Shown one piece after another: positions 43,364 to 53,619 of a stretch of 64,000 bases of DNA (its first letter is position 1; each line of letters opens with the position of its first letter). The notes beneath the pieces are model-generated. The model made no database searches, had not been told where the DNA came from, and saw only the letters and a list, made by a program, of their open reading frames with translations. The DNA comes from a virus (Duplodnaviria > Caudoviricetes), in the IMG/VR virus record IMGVR_UViG_3300037195_001552, positions 697-64,696 of that record, one strand, 5' to 3'. The position numbers and the translations under genes are program-made.

Positions 43364-43777
43364 ATGACTTCCCCCTCCACCACGATCATGATCAACCGCG
43401 AGGATTTCGACGCTCACGCCTCCGATCCCTCAAAATTCGAGTCCTACCTCCGATCCCGTGGGAAACCGCCTACCTTCCCCTACACGACCAACGGTCGTCG
43501 AGTGACTTGGGGACCCCCGGCCCCCACCGACGACGCCCCCACCGACGAAGACCTCGGCGTCGACACGCCCACGGCCCCCGCCCCCACGGGTTCTTCTTCC
43601 TCTGCAACGGCAGACGAGGACGACAAACCGTTGCCCCTGACAGACATAGATTTCACCAAGTTCAACAAGACGCAGCTCCGCGACTGGATCTTCCAGCAAA
43701 CGTCCACTCGTCCGCCGCGCTTCCACAAGAAGGACACTCTCATCGCCACCGCCGTCCAGATCCAAAACGATGGCTAG
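43364..43777 (+). CDS. protein with C-terminal Rho-N/HeH-like helical motif
   Basis: Low-complexity linker, then FTKFNKTQLRDWI...KKDTLIATA. Confidence 0.55.
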   Translation: MTSPSTTIMINREDFDAHASDPSKFESYLRSRGKPPTFPYTTNGRRVTWGPPAPTDDAPTDEDLGVDTPTAPAPTGSSSSATADEDDKPLPLTDIDFTKFNKTQLRDWIFQQTSTRPPRFHKKDTLIATAVQIQNDG

Positions 43778-44405
43778 TCTCCCACCACCCGGCGCACGTC
43801 CTCAGTCACCTCCACCCCTCTACCAGTTGGCAGGGTTCAAACGACGTGCGCTTGAAGACCTTTCAGCCCCGGTGCTGGATGCTATCGCTAAAATTCAAAA
43901 ATTAATATCTCAGGAAAAGAAAATTCTCAATAGAGAATTCTTAGGATATGGATTTCAAGATCCAAAAAACAGTTCTCTTGAAGACATTATATGGGGTCAA
44001 GAAGATAAAGTCTTAGTACTACCGGGTTCGCCGTTCGATATTTTTCAAAAACAGAGCCATTTCGGTAAAAGACCCTTTACCGTTCATAATCACTTGGAAG
44101 GTGAACCTCCTTCAGAAGAAGATCTTAATCAGGCTTTTTGGCCCGACCATAGATCCCGTTTTCGTGGAGAACACTATAATTTTGGGAATCTTTTGAATTC
44201 CACCCCCCGTGCCGAAAGCATTCAGGCTCTTCCGAAAATAGAAAGTTATGATCCTGAATATTTTAGACGATGGAAACGTGGGTTGGATCTAGGTATGGCA
44301 GAAGAAATTTACGGCGAAGACTTTGATCTACCCGACCATGTCATACGTGAAAATCTACGCCGCTTCGCCGATGAAGATTGGTTCAACTACACCGTTTTCG
44401 AATAA
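43770..44405 (+). CDS. JAB/MPN (RadC-like) protein, array member 5
   Basis: REFLGYG...FTVHNHLEGEPPSEED; ends EDWFNYTVFE. Confidence 0.7.
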   Translation: MASLPPPGARPQSPPPLYQLAGFKRRALEDLSAPVLDAIAKIQKLISQEKKILNREFLGYGFQDPKNSSLEDIIWGQEDKVLVLPGSPFDIFQKQSHFGKRPFTVHNHLEGEPPSEEDLNQAFWPDHRSRFRGEHYNFGNLLNSTPRAESIQALPKIESYDPEYFRRWKRGLDLGMAEEIYGEDFDLPDHVIRENLRRFADEDWFNYTVFE

Positions 44406-44407
44406 TC

Positions 44408-45103
44408 ATGGCCTCCCTTCCCCCACCTTCTTATCGCCCCCAGCACCCTGATCTATTTCAGCGGGCGAAGTTTTTGCGGCGAGGATTACAGGACCTTCCT
44501 GCGCCGGTACTAGATGCTATTGCTAAGATCAAAAAGGCGTTGGAACGAGATTTTCGTAATCGTGACATTATCGATCGCGAATATTTCGGGTATGGCTATG
44601 AAGGTACGTCACCCTTATCCAGGATAATTAGGGGTGAAAAAAATGCAGTTGAGATTAAACCGGGCAGTGATGAGCATAATTTCATGACCTTCCCCGAAAG
44701 CCCTGTTCTCGTGCGCCCGGATAGATTCTCCCTTCATAATCATCCTCATTTGCAAGATAAACCGGGTCAAGGATTCATGCTTGGTAATCTAGAACATTCG
44801 AAAAACTTTTCTACGGGGGATATTGAAGGATTCATGTCTCCGCAATTTTCAAATAGATTCAAAACAAATAATTATCTGATGGTGGGTGAAGCCAATGATC
44901 CCGTAACTCCGCTAGGAGCGGAAGCGATTACGTCTCTTAGGCTTAAACCCCATCCTAATCGTTTTCGATCGCAAGAACATCTGTGGAATACAATAGGTCC
45001 ACAGATCTATGGAAAATCTACCCCCCACACACCTGAAGAGGTTCAAAGGCAGTTTCGTGAAAAGGCCCTCGAGGATTACTTTGATTTCACCGTTTTCGAA
45101 TAA
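44408..45103 (+). CDS. JAB/MPN (RadC-like) protein, array member 6
   Basis: REYFGYG...FSLHNHP...NFSTGD; ends EDYFDFTVFE. Confidence 0.65.
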   Translation: MASLPPPSYRPQHPDLFQRAKFLRRGLQDLPAPVLDAIAKIKKALERDFRNRDIIDREYFGYGYEGTSPLSRIIRGEKNAVEIKPGSDEHNFMTFPESPVLVRPDRFSLHNHPHLQDKPGQGFMLGNLEHSKNFSTGDIEGFMSPQFSNRFKTNNYLMVGEANDPVTPLGAEAITSLRLKPHPNRFRSQEHLWNTIGPQIYGKSTPHTPEEVQRQFREKALEDYFDFTVFE

Positions 45104-45105
45104 CG

Positions 45106-45732
45106 ATGGCTAGTCTCCCGCCCCCCGGCTATCGCCCCCAGCACCCTGATCCATTTCAGCGGGCGAAGTTCCTTCGTCGATCTCTTAGAGATATCCCCGC
45201 CCCTGTGCTGGACGCTATCGCCCGAATACAAAAGTTGATCGCACGGGAAAAACTCATCCCCGATCGAGAATTTTTAGGATTTGGTTATCAAGACAAAGGG
45301 CTATTAGGGATACATAAGGGTCAGCAGGATATGATCATGACGCCCCCTAATTCTCCTTACGGTAGATTTCAAACAAAAAATCACCCCACTGGCTCTAAAC
45401 CATTCACCATTCATAATCACCCTGGTGCGGAGCCTCCTTCAGAACAGGACTTTAATGCGGGTTGGAACCCCCCGTTCCCATACAATAAGACTGCCGAACA
45501 CTATCAATTTCCCAGTGATCTAAAGAACTCTCCATTTGTTGAAAGTTTTCAGCAAACACCAAAAACCCGTGAATGGGATCCAAAATCCTTCGAAAGGTGG
45601 CCCCGTGGTATTGACCTAGGCATGGGCGAAACAATCTATGGGGAAGACTTCGATCTACCCGACCATGTCATACGTGAAAACCTACGCCGCCTAGCCGACG
45701 AAGATTGGTTCAACTATACAGTCTTCGAATAA
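45106..45732 (+). CDS. JAB/MPN (RadC-like) protein, array member 7
   Basis: REFLGFG...FTIHNHPGAEPPSEQD; ends EDWFNYTVFE. Confidence 0.7.
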   Translation: MASLPPPGYRPQHPDPFQRAKFLRRSLRDIPAPVLDAIARIQKLIAREKLIPDREFLGFGYQDKGLLGIHKGQQDMIMTPPNSPYGRFQTKNHPTGSKPFTIHNHPGAEPPSEQDFNAGWNPPFPYNKTAEHYQFPSDLKNSPFVESFQQTPKTREWDPKSFERWPRGIDLGMGETIYGEDFDLPDHVIRENLRRLADEDWFNYTVFE

Positions 45733-45735
45733 CAC

Positions 45736-45852
45736 ATGGCCCGCCTCCCCGTCAAAAAGATCATCCCCGTTACAAAGGAGCTCGTAGACGACGCCCGCGA
45801 TTTCTTCTCCCGCATCCAAACCCGTGCCCGAGCCAGCTTTAACAAAGTTTGA
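45736..45852 (+). CDS. small protein (38 aa)
   Basis: MARLPVKKIIPVTKELVDDARDFFSRIQTRARASFNKV* fills the gap exactly up to terL. Confidence 0.4.
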   Translation: MARLPVKKIIPVTKELVDDARDFFSRIQTRARASFNKV

Positions 45853-47430
45853 ATGATGATCTCCGATATCCCCCAGGCTGATCTCGAATATCTCGCCAAT
45901 ACCCTTTCTACGTCCGATATCGACCATGCTCTGCAAACACAGTCCATGCACGAGTTTATCAAGGGCTGCTGGCCGACGATCGAACCCGGTCGCAAATACT
46001 ACGATAATTGGCACATTCAGGCCATCTGCGAGCATCTCGAGGCTGTTGTCCGTGGTGAGATAACCCGGCTCATTATCAACATCCCCCCACGGCATATGAA
46101 GTCTCTCACTTGCGCCGTGGCATTTCCCATGTGGGCCTGGATCCAAAAGCCACACATTCAGTTTCTGTTCGCCAGCTATGCCTCCAGCCTCGCTATTCGT
46201 GACAGTGTTAAATGTCGACGTCTCCTATCCTCCCCCTGGTTTCAGGCAAACTGGGGTGACCGGTTCCATCTCACAGGGGACCAGAACCAGAAGCAACGGT
46301 TTGAGAATAACCACAACGGGCATAGAATATCTACGTCCGTAGGCGGTGCTCTCACCGGCGAAGGTGGAGATATTATAGTCATAGACGACCCGCACAACGT
46401 GAAGGAAGCAGAATCAGACGCCGTGCGGCTGGGCACGACCGAGTGGTGGGACACGGCAGTCCCCAGCCGCCTCAATGATCCCAAGACGGGTGCCTTTGTC
46501 ATCATCATGCAGCGGGTCCACCAGTCTGATCTCACAGGGCACATTCTCAAAAATGCCCCCGACCTTGATGAGTGGACCCACCTGTGCGTCCCCGCGGAAT
46601 TCGAAAACAACCATCCTCATAAGTTCTACACGTCACTAACCACGGCCACCGCCCAGGAAGATCCTCGCAAAGAGGAAGGCGCGCTCCTATGGTCCGAGCG
46701 GTTTGGGCAAAAGGAACTGGATATCCTCAAAACGACGATGGGCAGTTACGCCGCTGCGGGACAGCTTCAGCAACGACCGGCTCCTAAAGGCGGTGGTATT
46801 ATCAAGCGCAAGTGGTGGCGGAAATGGCAGGATCCTCAATTCCCTGAATTTATCTATGTCCTGCAATCATGGGATACGGCCTATTCAGAACAGGATGTGT
46901 TATCCTCATCTTATTCGGCTTGCACCACCTGGGCGGTCTTTCAGTTTGGTTCTCAATATCACTTTATGATAATCCATCGCTATCGCGAGCGGCTTCCGTT
47001 CCCTGAACTGAGGAAACATGCCAAGGAACTGTATGCCGAATACAAGCCCGACGCCGTGCTCATTGAGAAGAAGGCCTCGGGTCAGTCTCTCATACAGGAT
47101 TTAAAGCAAGCTGGAATTCCTGCGTTACCCTATAACCCGGATAAAGATAAGGTGGCTCGTGCTCATGCGGCTTCTGTCTTGCTCGAATCCGGTTTGGTGT
47201 GGCACCCTGAGCGTCGTTGGGCCAATGAAGTTATTGATCATTGTGCCGTTTTCCCAGCCGGTGACGGGACAGATATCGTGGACACAGTCACTCAGGCGCT
47301 GCTCCGATTCAGGGCAATGTGGTTCGCCGTACCACCTGATGACGAAGACTATGATCCCGACATCCCCGATCGCGAAGATCCACTGGCCAACATAATCCAG
47401 TTCCCTGATCAAGAGGCCATCTATGGCTAA
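45853..47430 (+). CDS. terL: terminase large subunit
   Basis: LIINIPPRHMKS Walker A, IIVIDDP Walker B, IIMQRVH, SWDTA nuclease motif, DIVDTVTQAL. Confidence 0.95.
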   Translation: MMISDIPQADLEYLANTLSTSDIDHALQTQSMHEFIKGCWPTIEPGRKYYDNWHIQAICEHLEAVVRGEITRLIINIPPRHMKSLTCAVAFPMWAWIQKPHIQFLFASYASSLAIRDSVKCRRLLSSPWFQANWGDRFHLTGDQNQKQRFENNHNGHRISTSVGGALTGEGGDIIVIDDPHNVKEAESDAVRLGTTEWWDTAVPSRLNDPKTGAFVIIMQRVHQSDLTGHILKNAPDLDEWTHLCVPAEFENNHPHKFYTSLTTATAQEDPRKEEGALLWSERFGQKELDILKTTMGSYAAAGQLQQRPAPKGGGIIKRKWWRKWQDPQFPEFIYVLQSWDTAYSEQDVLSSSYSACTTWAVFQFGSQYHFMIIHRYRERLPFPELRKHAKELYAEYKPDAVLIEKKASGQSLIQDLKQAGIPALPYNPDKDKVARAHAASVLLESGLVWHPERRWANEVIDHCAVFPAGDGTDIVDTVTQALLRFRAMWFAVPPDDEDYDPDIPDREDPLANIIQFPDQEAIYG

Positions 47431-49990
47431 CCTGGATATTGCCGTTATTGACGACGACATTGTTGATCTTCCCATAGAGGATATGGGCGATGGCACCGTG
47501 GCCATTGGCGAAACTCTTCCCGCTGATATCAAAACGGAACCGGGTCTTGGTCCTTGGGATGATAACCTCATTTCAGAATTTTCTGACGATGAACTCCAGG
47601 AACTGGCTATTCAGTGCTATGACGATTACGAGCAGGATGTTGAATCTCGCAAAGACTGGCTAGAGATTTACGAAAAGGGCCTAAAGTCTCTTAAGCCCGA
47701 AACTCAGGTCGAAGAATCTCGTAAGCGTCGCAATCTAAGCATGGTTATTCATCCTGTGATTGCCGAAGCTGCGACACAGTTCCAAGCTCGTGCCATCGGC
47801 GAGATGTTTCCTCCCTCTGGTCCGGTGGGTGTCACGATCATTGGTCAATCACACGAGGCTGTTGAGAAACAAGCCAAGCGTGTTCATGACTTCATGAACT
47901 ATCAGCTTATGGAGGAGATGGAAGAGTATTTCCCCGATATGGATCAGATGCTTTTCCATCTTCCCCTCACGGGTCATACGTTCAAGAAGAGTTGGTGCGA
48001 TGTGAATTTGCAACGGATCACGTCGCAGTTCTGTACGGCTGACGACCTTGTGATCGACGCCAATGCGACCACGCTGGCCACCGCCAGCAGATACACCCAG
48101 GTTCTTCGCCTACCTCCTCAAACCTACCATGAATACGTGGCGAATGGTTTTTATGAGAAGGTAGATCTCGCAGAACAAAGCGATCCCAGTGACACACAGA
48201 CGGTGGCCCAGGAAGTAGAAGGCGTAGAACCCAGCTTAACAGACGAAGAAGGTCTCGTAATTCTGCTGGAGCAGCATCTCTACCATCCTCATGAATCAGA
48301 CGAAGATGAACCGGACAAGCCTTTCATCGTTACACTTCATAAGGAAACGAAACAAATCGTTTCGATTCGTCGTAATTGGGACGAAGACGACGAGCGGTGC
48401 AAAAAGAACGTTTGGTTTGTTTCGTACAAGTTCCTTCCGGGGCTGGGGTTCTACGGCTTTGGTCTGTATCACATCATCGGCGGCTTGGGGAAGGCTGCGA
48501 CAGGTGCGCTTCGCAGTCTACTTGATGCCGCCACTTATGCGAATATGCAGGGTGGTCTCAAACTACGCGGGCGCATTAAGTCTGGCGAAATCGAAATTGC
48601 GCCTGGGGAATTTGCAGATATTGATGCCGCCGTAGATGACATCAAAAAAGCAGTCATGCCGCTCCCGTTTAAGGAGCCGAGCCAGACGATGTTCGCTCTT
48701 CTACAGTACATCGTTGATGTCGCCAAGTCCTTTGCCAACAGTGCCGAGGTTAATATCAGCGATGCCAACCAGAATACGCCGGTTGGAACTACTGTCGCTC
48801 TCCTAGAGGAAAACGCCAGAGTTTTCTCAGCAATCCATAAACGGCTTCATTACAGTCAACGTAGTGAATTCAAACTCATCGCCAAACTCAATGGGATGTA
48901 CTTACCTGATGAGTATCCTTATCGCGTCAAGGACGGAGAGCAGACGGTCCTGCGATCTGATTTCGATGACCGGGTCGACGTGGTCCCGGTGTCGGATCCT
49001 GCCACATTTTCATCTACACAGCGTATCTCTCAGGCGCAAGCTGGTCTACAGATGGCCACGGCTTATCCCCAGTTCCACGATATCCCCGCCGCGCTACGAA
49101 GGATGTACGAAGCTCTCCGCATACCGAACTATGAAGAAGTCCTGATTGATCCCACTGATGTCGATCGTATGGACGCGGTTACCGAAAACGTAGCGATTAT
49201 GAATAATCGCCCGGTGAAGACGTATGAAGACCAGGACCACATAGCTCATATGACCGTATTGGACGACTGGTTCAAAAAGCTGCCTCCACAGGGTCAGCAG
49301 ATGTTCATGCCCGCCTTTACCAGTCATCGGGCAGAGCACATGTCGCTTCTTTACCGGACAATGATTCAGGCTCAGTTGGGTGCGGCACTGCCGCCCCTGC
49401 CCGATTTCAAGGATCCCAACGCACCCAACCCTGAAATTGATCCAATCTTGGATACGAAGATTTCCCAAGCGGCTGCTCAGGCGGTAAACGCCAATCCACA
49501 GCAGCCGATGGGACCGCCTGTGCCTCAGCCCCAGCAACCCCAAGGGGGCGCGCCGCAGGATCCCGCCCAGGCTGCGGCGCAATTGGCCCAGATCGAAGCC
49601 CAGACCACGATGGCCAAGGCACAGGCGGACATACAAGCGAAGCAGATGAAGGCCCAGGCTGATATCCAGATTCAGCAGATGAAGGTTCAGGCCGATATGC
49701 AGGTCCGTCAGATGGAACTGCAAATGGAAATGCAGATCGAACAAGTTCGTGAGCGGACCAAGATTCAGGCCGAGCAAATGCGCGAAGCGGCCAAGTCGTC
49801 TGCTGACCGCGAAAAGGCCGAGCAAGAGATTGAAATCATGTGGGCCAAGGCCGAAGCTGAGATTACCATAGCCCGTGAGAAGGCCCAGGCGAACATCAAG
49901 GCCAAGTTGATGGAAACTGCGTCCAAGGCCCGCATCGCCGCCGCTGACGCGGCGAAGAAGAACACGGAGGCCAGCGATGGCGGGTCCTGA
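47423..49990 (+). CDS. portal protein with long Q/A-rich C-terminal coiled coil
   Basis: HPVIAEAATQFQARA, FHLPLTGHTFKK, GLGFYGFGL, NQNTPVGTTVALLE; directly after terL. Confidence 0.9.
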   Translation: MANLDIAVIDDDIVDLPIEDMGDGTVAIGETLPADIKTEPGLGPWDDNLISEFSDDELQELAIQCYDDYEQDVESRKDWLEIYEKGLKSLKPETQVEESRKRRNLSMVIHPVIAEAATQFQARAIGEMFPPSGPVGVTIIGQSHEAVEKQAKRVHDFMNYQLMEEMEEYFPDMDQMLFHLPLTGHTFKKSWCDVNLQRITSQFCTADDLVIDANATTLATASRYTQVLRLPPQTYHEYVANGFYEKVDLAEQSDPSDTQTVAQEVEGVEPSLTDEEGLVILLEQHLYHPHESDEDEPDKPFIVTLHKETKQIVSIRRNWDEDDERCKKNVWFVSYKFLPGLGFYGFGLYHIIGGLGKAATGALRSLLDAATYANMQGGLKLRGRIKSGEIEIAPGEFADIDAAVDDIKKAVMPLPFKEPSQTMFALLQYIVDVAKSFANSAEVNISDANQNTPVGTTVALLEENARVFSAIHKRLHYSQRSEFKLIAKLNGMYLPDEYPYRVKDGEQTVLRSDFDDRVDVVPVSDPATFSSTQRISQAQAGLQMATAYPQFHDIPAALRRMYEALRIPNYEEVLIDPTDVDRMDAVTENVAIMNNRPVKTYEDQDHIAHMTVLDDWFKKLPPQGQQMFMPAFTSHRAEHMSLLYRTMIQAQLGAALPPLPDFKDPNAPNPEIDPILDTKISQAAAQAVNANPQQPMGPPVPQPQQPQGGAPQDPAQAAAQLAQIEAQTTMAKAQADIQAKQMKAQADIQIQQMKVQADMQVRQMELQMEMQIEQVRERTKIQAEQMREAAKSSADREKAEQEIEIMWAKAEAEITIAREKAQANIKAKLMETASKARIAAADAAKKNTEASDGGS

Positions 49991-50714
49991 TTTCCTCCAA
50001 CACTTGTTTGAACCCGTTGGTGTTGATGTGAATGCTTGGACGAACGCTGTTCTCGATGGGTTGCCTGAAATCGCCGGTATCGCTGGCGACAGTCTTGGTG
50101 AATACGGCAAGGACAAGTATCGCGATTGGGATCGTATTCTACGTTCTGAAGATTTTGGTGCTCTTGGTGAAGAGTATATCGACACTATGGGGGGCAATCT
50201 TTCAGATATTTCCAATTTCGTATTGGATTCAGCATTTCCCGAAGGACGTGGTCATCAAGACATTGAAGGCGATGTCCGTGCTAAGAATGATCTGAAACGA
50301 TTGGGAAAATACGCTGCCGACGGGGCTTTCCTTTATGGTGATGTCCGTCTCTGGCAAGAACGAAAAAAGATTACAGAAAATTGGGATAAAATGGTTCGCG
50401 GAGGTAAGGGAGCTCTTGGCAAACTTGCCCGTCAGGCTTTGAAAACTGTTCCTGGCGTTGGTGCCCTTTCAACTCTTCTCTCTTCTTCTCCTGCTGGTGC
50501 CAATAGTACCATATTCCCTCCGGGCACTTCTCCTGAAATGATGCAGATCATTTCCGATGATCGTAAAAGAGAAGCTCGTAACCAACCAGATATCTTCCGT
50601 CAGTATCTTCGTGACTACAGGCGCAAGCAATACGAAGAAGATTATCTTAGTAGACGATACGCGAATCCCCACGCCTTTCGGCGTCGCACAGCCGGTGCTT
50701 TGGACACATTATGA
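49977..50714 (+). CDS. hypothetical head-module protein
   Basis: 245-aa coupled ORF; VPGVGALSTLLSSSPAG segment. Confidence 0.55.
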   Translation: MAGPDFLQHLFEPVGVDVNAWTNAVLDGLPEIAGIAGDSLGEYGKDKYRDWDRILRSEDFGALGEEYIDTMGGNLSDISNFVLDSAFPEGRGHQDIEGDVRAKNDLKRLGKYAADGAFLYGDVRLWQERKKITENWDKMVRGGKGALGKLARQALKTVPGVGALSTLLSSSPAGANSTIFPPGTSPEMMQIISDDRKREARNQPDIFRQYLRDYRRKQYEEDYLSRRYANPHAFRRRTAGALDTL

Positions 50715-52501
50715 CCACAGGCCCCACCTGGAACCCGTACACCCGACCCATCAATCAATATGGGGTGAACACGGGCGAGCATACCTTTTTAACCTTCCCC
50801 AGTCAGGTTCCTTCTTTGTACGGGCCACCGACACCGACTACCCCCGGTAGCAGCACTCCCAACCCAGACGATGACCCCGGTACGGGCGTAGCGCCGGTTG
50901 ATCCTCATGCACCGGGTGGTACCTACAATCCTTACGGGGGCGACCCTGGCCCCGGAGACATGGGATTTACCAACGCCTATGATCCTGATTTTCCTGATGT
51001 CCAGGGTTACGATACTACTCCTACGTTTGAAGAAATGATGGCCACAATAGCTATCCCAGCCGGGATGATGGTTCCGGGCCTGTCTCTCTGGGGAATGAAC
51101 ACTATTCAGCAGCATAACCCCGAACTCAAAGGCCCCATAGATTATGTCACTGATGAACTGGGTCTTAGTTTCCCCGACCTTAATCTTTCAGATGTTACCG
51201 ACAGCATCGCCAATGCCCTCGGCTTCAACCCCACCACCGAAGACTTCACCGCTGAGTTGGGTGCGATAAATGATCCCCTTGGATATGAACATTCAGTTTC
51301 TGCCTCTGATGTGGTCGCTCATGAAGCTGCCTTTAATGCTGCAAATTCTTTGGGGTATGATATTTCAACCCCTTCTGTACCCGGTTCAGGAACACCTGGA
51401 ACTAATCCTGCAGATCGTGATCCATATGGATACGGTATATCTCATTTTTCAGAAATGTCCGATGATACAGATGAAGCCTTTGCCTATGATCCAAATTTCG
51501 CCTATTCCCCAACGGTTGAATATGGATTAAATGACGAAGCCGGACCAACGGGACCGGGGAGTCTTTTTTCTCTTGAGGAAGCTCAGCAAGATTTTCCTGC
51601 TCAAACCCCAGCTACCTCGGCTCCGGTGGATCTCACAACAGGGATACCAGCCGTTACCTCTGCTCCTCCTGAATATAGCCCCGGTACGGGTGTGATGGGT
51701 CTCCATGATCCTCACAATGTTCAGGCCACGGATGCTTTGTTCGACTATTCAGAAAACTTTGATTCTACTATGGACTATACCGCAGGACCCGCTGATCGTG
51801 ATTTCTACGGCTTTGAGGTTCCCGGCATTTCCGAAACAGAACATGCCGAAATCGAGGCAGCGATGGCCGCTCTTGATCCACACAGTGCTGTCACAGGATT
51901 CGATCACAGCTTTGATGCTTTTTCTGATGACCCCGAAGTAGCGGCTATGAATGCAAATGCCGCCGCCGCTTTGAGCACCTCTCCGGAGGACAGGGCGGCA
52001 GCTCTATCGGCTCTAGGGTTAACCCCTGCGGATCTTGATCAATTTTCCAACATGTCGCTTTCCATAGACGATATCACCAGCGCCCTCAGCAATACTTCCT
52101 TTGATAGAGACAATATCACCGACACACTTTCTAATATTGGTATCGGTGACGATAGTCTTTCGGGAGGAGCAGGATTCGATACTATGTCTGATATGTCAAT
52201 TGCAGATATTCAGGCTGAGATTGATCGTAATAATCAAGCTATTGCCTTTGGTCTAGGTTTGGGTGGTATTGAATATGGTCATCTAGGCGGTCCAAATTCT
52301 TGGGGTGGTTTTGGTCAATCAATAAGTGTAAATGATCAAGCTCATCAAGCAGCTCTTGAAGCTAGTTTGTTTGGAAATATTGATCCTTGGGGCGGGGGCA
52401 GTTCTGCGAGCACCGAACCCGGTACGGGACCAGCGGGTGCTGCTTCTAGCCAATCTGCGGCAGAAGCAGAGGCCGCTGAATGGGGCGGCATGGACTTCTA
52501 G
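50711..52501 (+). CDS. acidic D/S/G/P-rich low-complexity protein (putative internal head protein)
   Basis: 596-aa open frame, almost free of Lys and Arg. Confidence 0.6.
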   Translation: MTTGPTWNPYTRPINQYGVNTGEHTFLTFPSQVPSLYGPPTPTTPGSSTPNPDDDPGTGVAPVDPHAPGGTYNPYGGDPGPGDMGFTNAYDPDFPDVQGYDTTPTFEEMMATIAIPAGMMVPGLSLWGMNTIQQHNPELKGPIDYVTDELGLSFPDLNLSDVTDSIANALGFNPTTEDFTAELGAINDPLGYEHSVSASDVVAHEAAFNAANSLGYDISTPSVPGSGTPGTNPADRDPYGYGISHFSEMSDDTDEAFAYDPNFAYSPTVEYGLNDEAGPTGPGSLFSLEEAQQDFPAQTPATSAPVDLTTGIPAVTSAPPEYSPGTGVMGLHDPHNVQATDALFDYSENFDSTMDYTAGPADRDFYGFEVPGISETEHAEIEAAMAALDPHSAVTGFDHSFDAFSDDPEVAAMNANAAAALSTSPEDRAAALSALGLTPADLDQFSNMSLSIDDITSALSNTSFDRDNITDTLSNIGIGDDSLSGGAGFDTMSDMSIADIQAEIDRNNQAIAFGLGLGGIEYGHLGGPNSWGGFGQSISVNDQAHQAALEASLFGNIDPWGGGSSASTEPGTGPAGAASSQSAAEAEAAEWGGMDF

Positions 52502-52528
52502 TAGTTAATAGAAAAAGGCTATAGTACA

Positions 52529-52714
52529 GTGGCGAGCAAGAAACAAGTTTCGGCGGCGGAGGTTAGGGCAGCGAAGAGCTGGCTGAATCGCCGAAACATT
52601 ACGACGAAGGAAATATCGCCCAAACAGTTTGCTCACGCCGCCAAGGTACTGGACAAGGGTTTCCGCGAGACCCTACAAATTATCGCGGGTGAGCAGACCG
52701 GAGGTCAAGTGTAA
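52529..52714 (+). CDS. small basic protein
   Basis: ISPKQFAHAAKVLDKGFRETL pattern; coupled to the next gene. Confidence 0.55.
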   Translation: MASKKQVSAAEVRAAKSWLNRRNITTKEISPKQFAHAAKVLDKGFRETLQIIAGEQTGGQV

Positions 52715-53568
52715 TGCTCACACCACTTATACCACGCCCGCCCCGGCCAGAGGTCAGCCCTCTCGAGCAGCTTGCACAATTCCGTTTACGTGAAAAATAT
52801 TTGGCAATAATCAAAGATGCCTTGGAAGAATCCAAGGTCAGAAAAGCTATTCGGGCACTACAACGAAAAGCGGCCCTGGCCGCTCAGGGTAGAGGCAAGG
52901 GCTTTGATCCCAATTTTCCTCGTCAGGAATTTGGTGCGCTGGGTATGCGTGATCTTCCTAATCAGGCCATGGGCCAAACTCATTACCGCAAGGGCCAATC
53001 CGGTTCTATCAAACTTCCCCCTCGTGACATGAAGCGTTTGAGAAAATGGAGCGACGAGGGTATTCCTTCTTTTGACATGCACACACATCCCGGTGGAGGT
53101 CCTTTAAGTAGAGCTGATTCTCTTTTCTTCGGTGTTCGCCCCGGTATTGATAACTACATCGTTGAAGGTCCGGGTCAACGTTATCTTGGCCCAGACGATA
53201 CCAACCCCTTTGAAAACTATTTCGGCACGGTTGAACGATACAAATTGCCCAAGACCGAGGAACGATGGACTCGCAACCCAGCAAGTAGGGTACTTCGAAA
53301 AGCCAGTGACGAATTAGTGGATCCTATTCTCCTTGGAGAAGAAGACTTTGCGCCCTTGGTGACAAGACTTAAACAGGAAACGAGTCTTCCTACTGATCGG
53401 GCGCGTCATACACTTGCTCGTGGCGCTCTTGGCGAACTTGCCAAGCGGGATAAATTTGATTATGATCTTTATGATAACCCTGAATTTGTCGAAGAGGCCA
53501 TGCGCCTATTAGACAAAGAAGGTGCCCTCGGACCTTTCCTCCGAATGCTTGAGGATAAAGGTCTCTAG
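52714..53568 (+). CDS. JAB/MPN (RadC-like) protein, remote member of the array family
   Basis: QEFGALG...FDMHTHPGGGPLSRAD; Pro-rich N-terminus and KFDYDLY resemble members 4-7. Confidence 0.65.
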   Translation: MLTPLIPRPPRPEVSPLEQLAQFRLREKYLAIIKDALEESKVRKAIRALQRKAALAAQGRGKGFDPNFPRQEFGALGMRDLPNQAMGQTHYRKGQSGSIKLPPRDMKRLRKWSDEGIPSFDMHTHPGGGPLSRADSLFFGVRPGIDNYIVEGPGQRYLGPDDTNPFENYFGTVERYKLPKTEERWTRNPASRVLRKASDELVDPILLGEEDFAPLVTRLKQETSLPTDRARHTLARGALGELAKRDKFDYDLYDNPEFVEEAMRLLDKEGALGPFLRMLEDKGL

Positions 53569-53619
53569 TGCAGCGTAGTTCATTTGATAAGACAACCACC
53601 AAGGCAGGAGTAAAGTCTT

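Noticed and set aside
23326-47430. Inteins, group I introns or homing endonucleases in the polymerase or terminase
   Set aside because: Both proteins have normal length and contiguous motifs; no intein or LAGLIDADG/HNH signatures seen.
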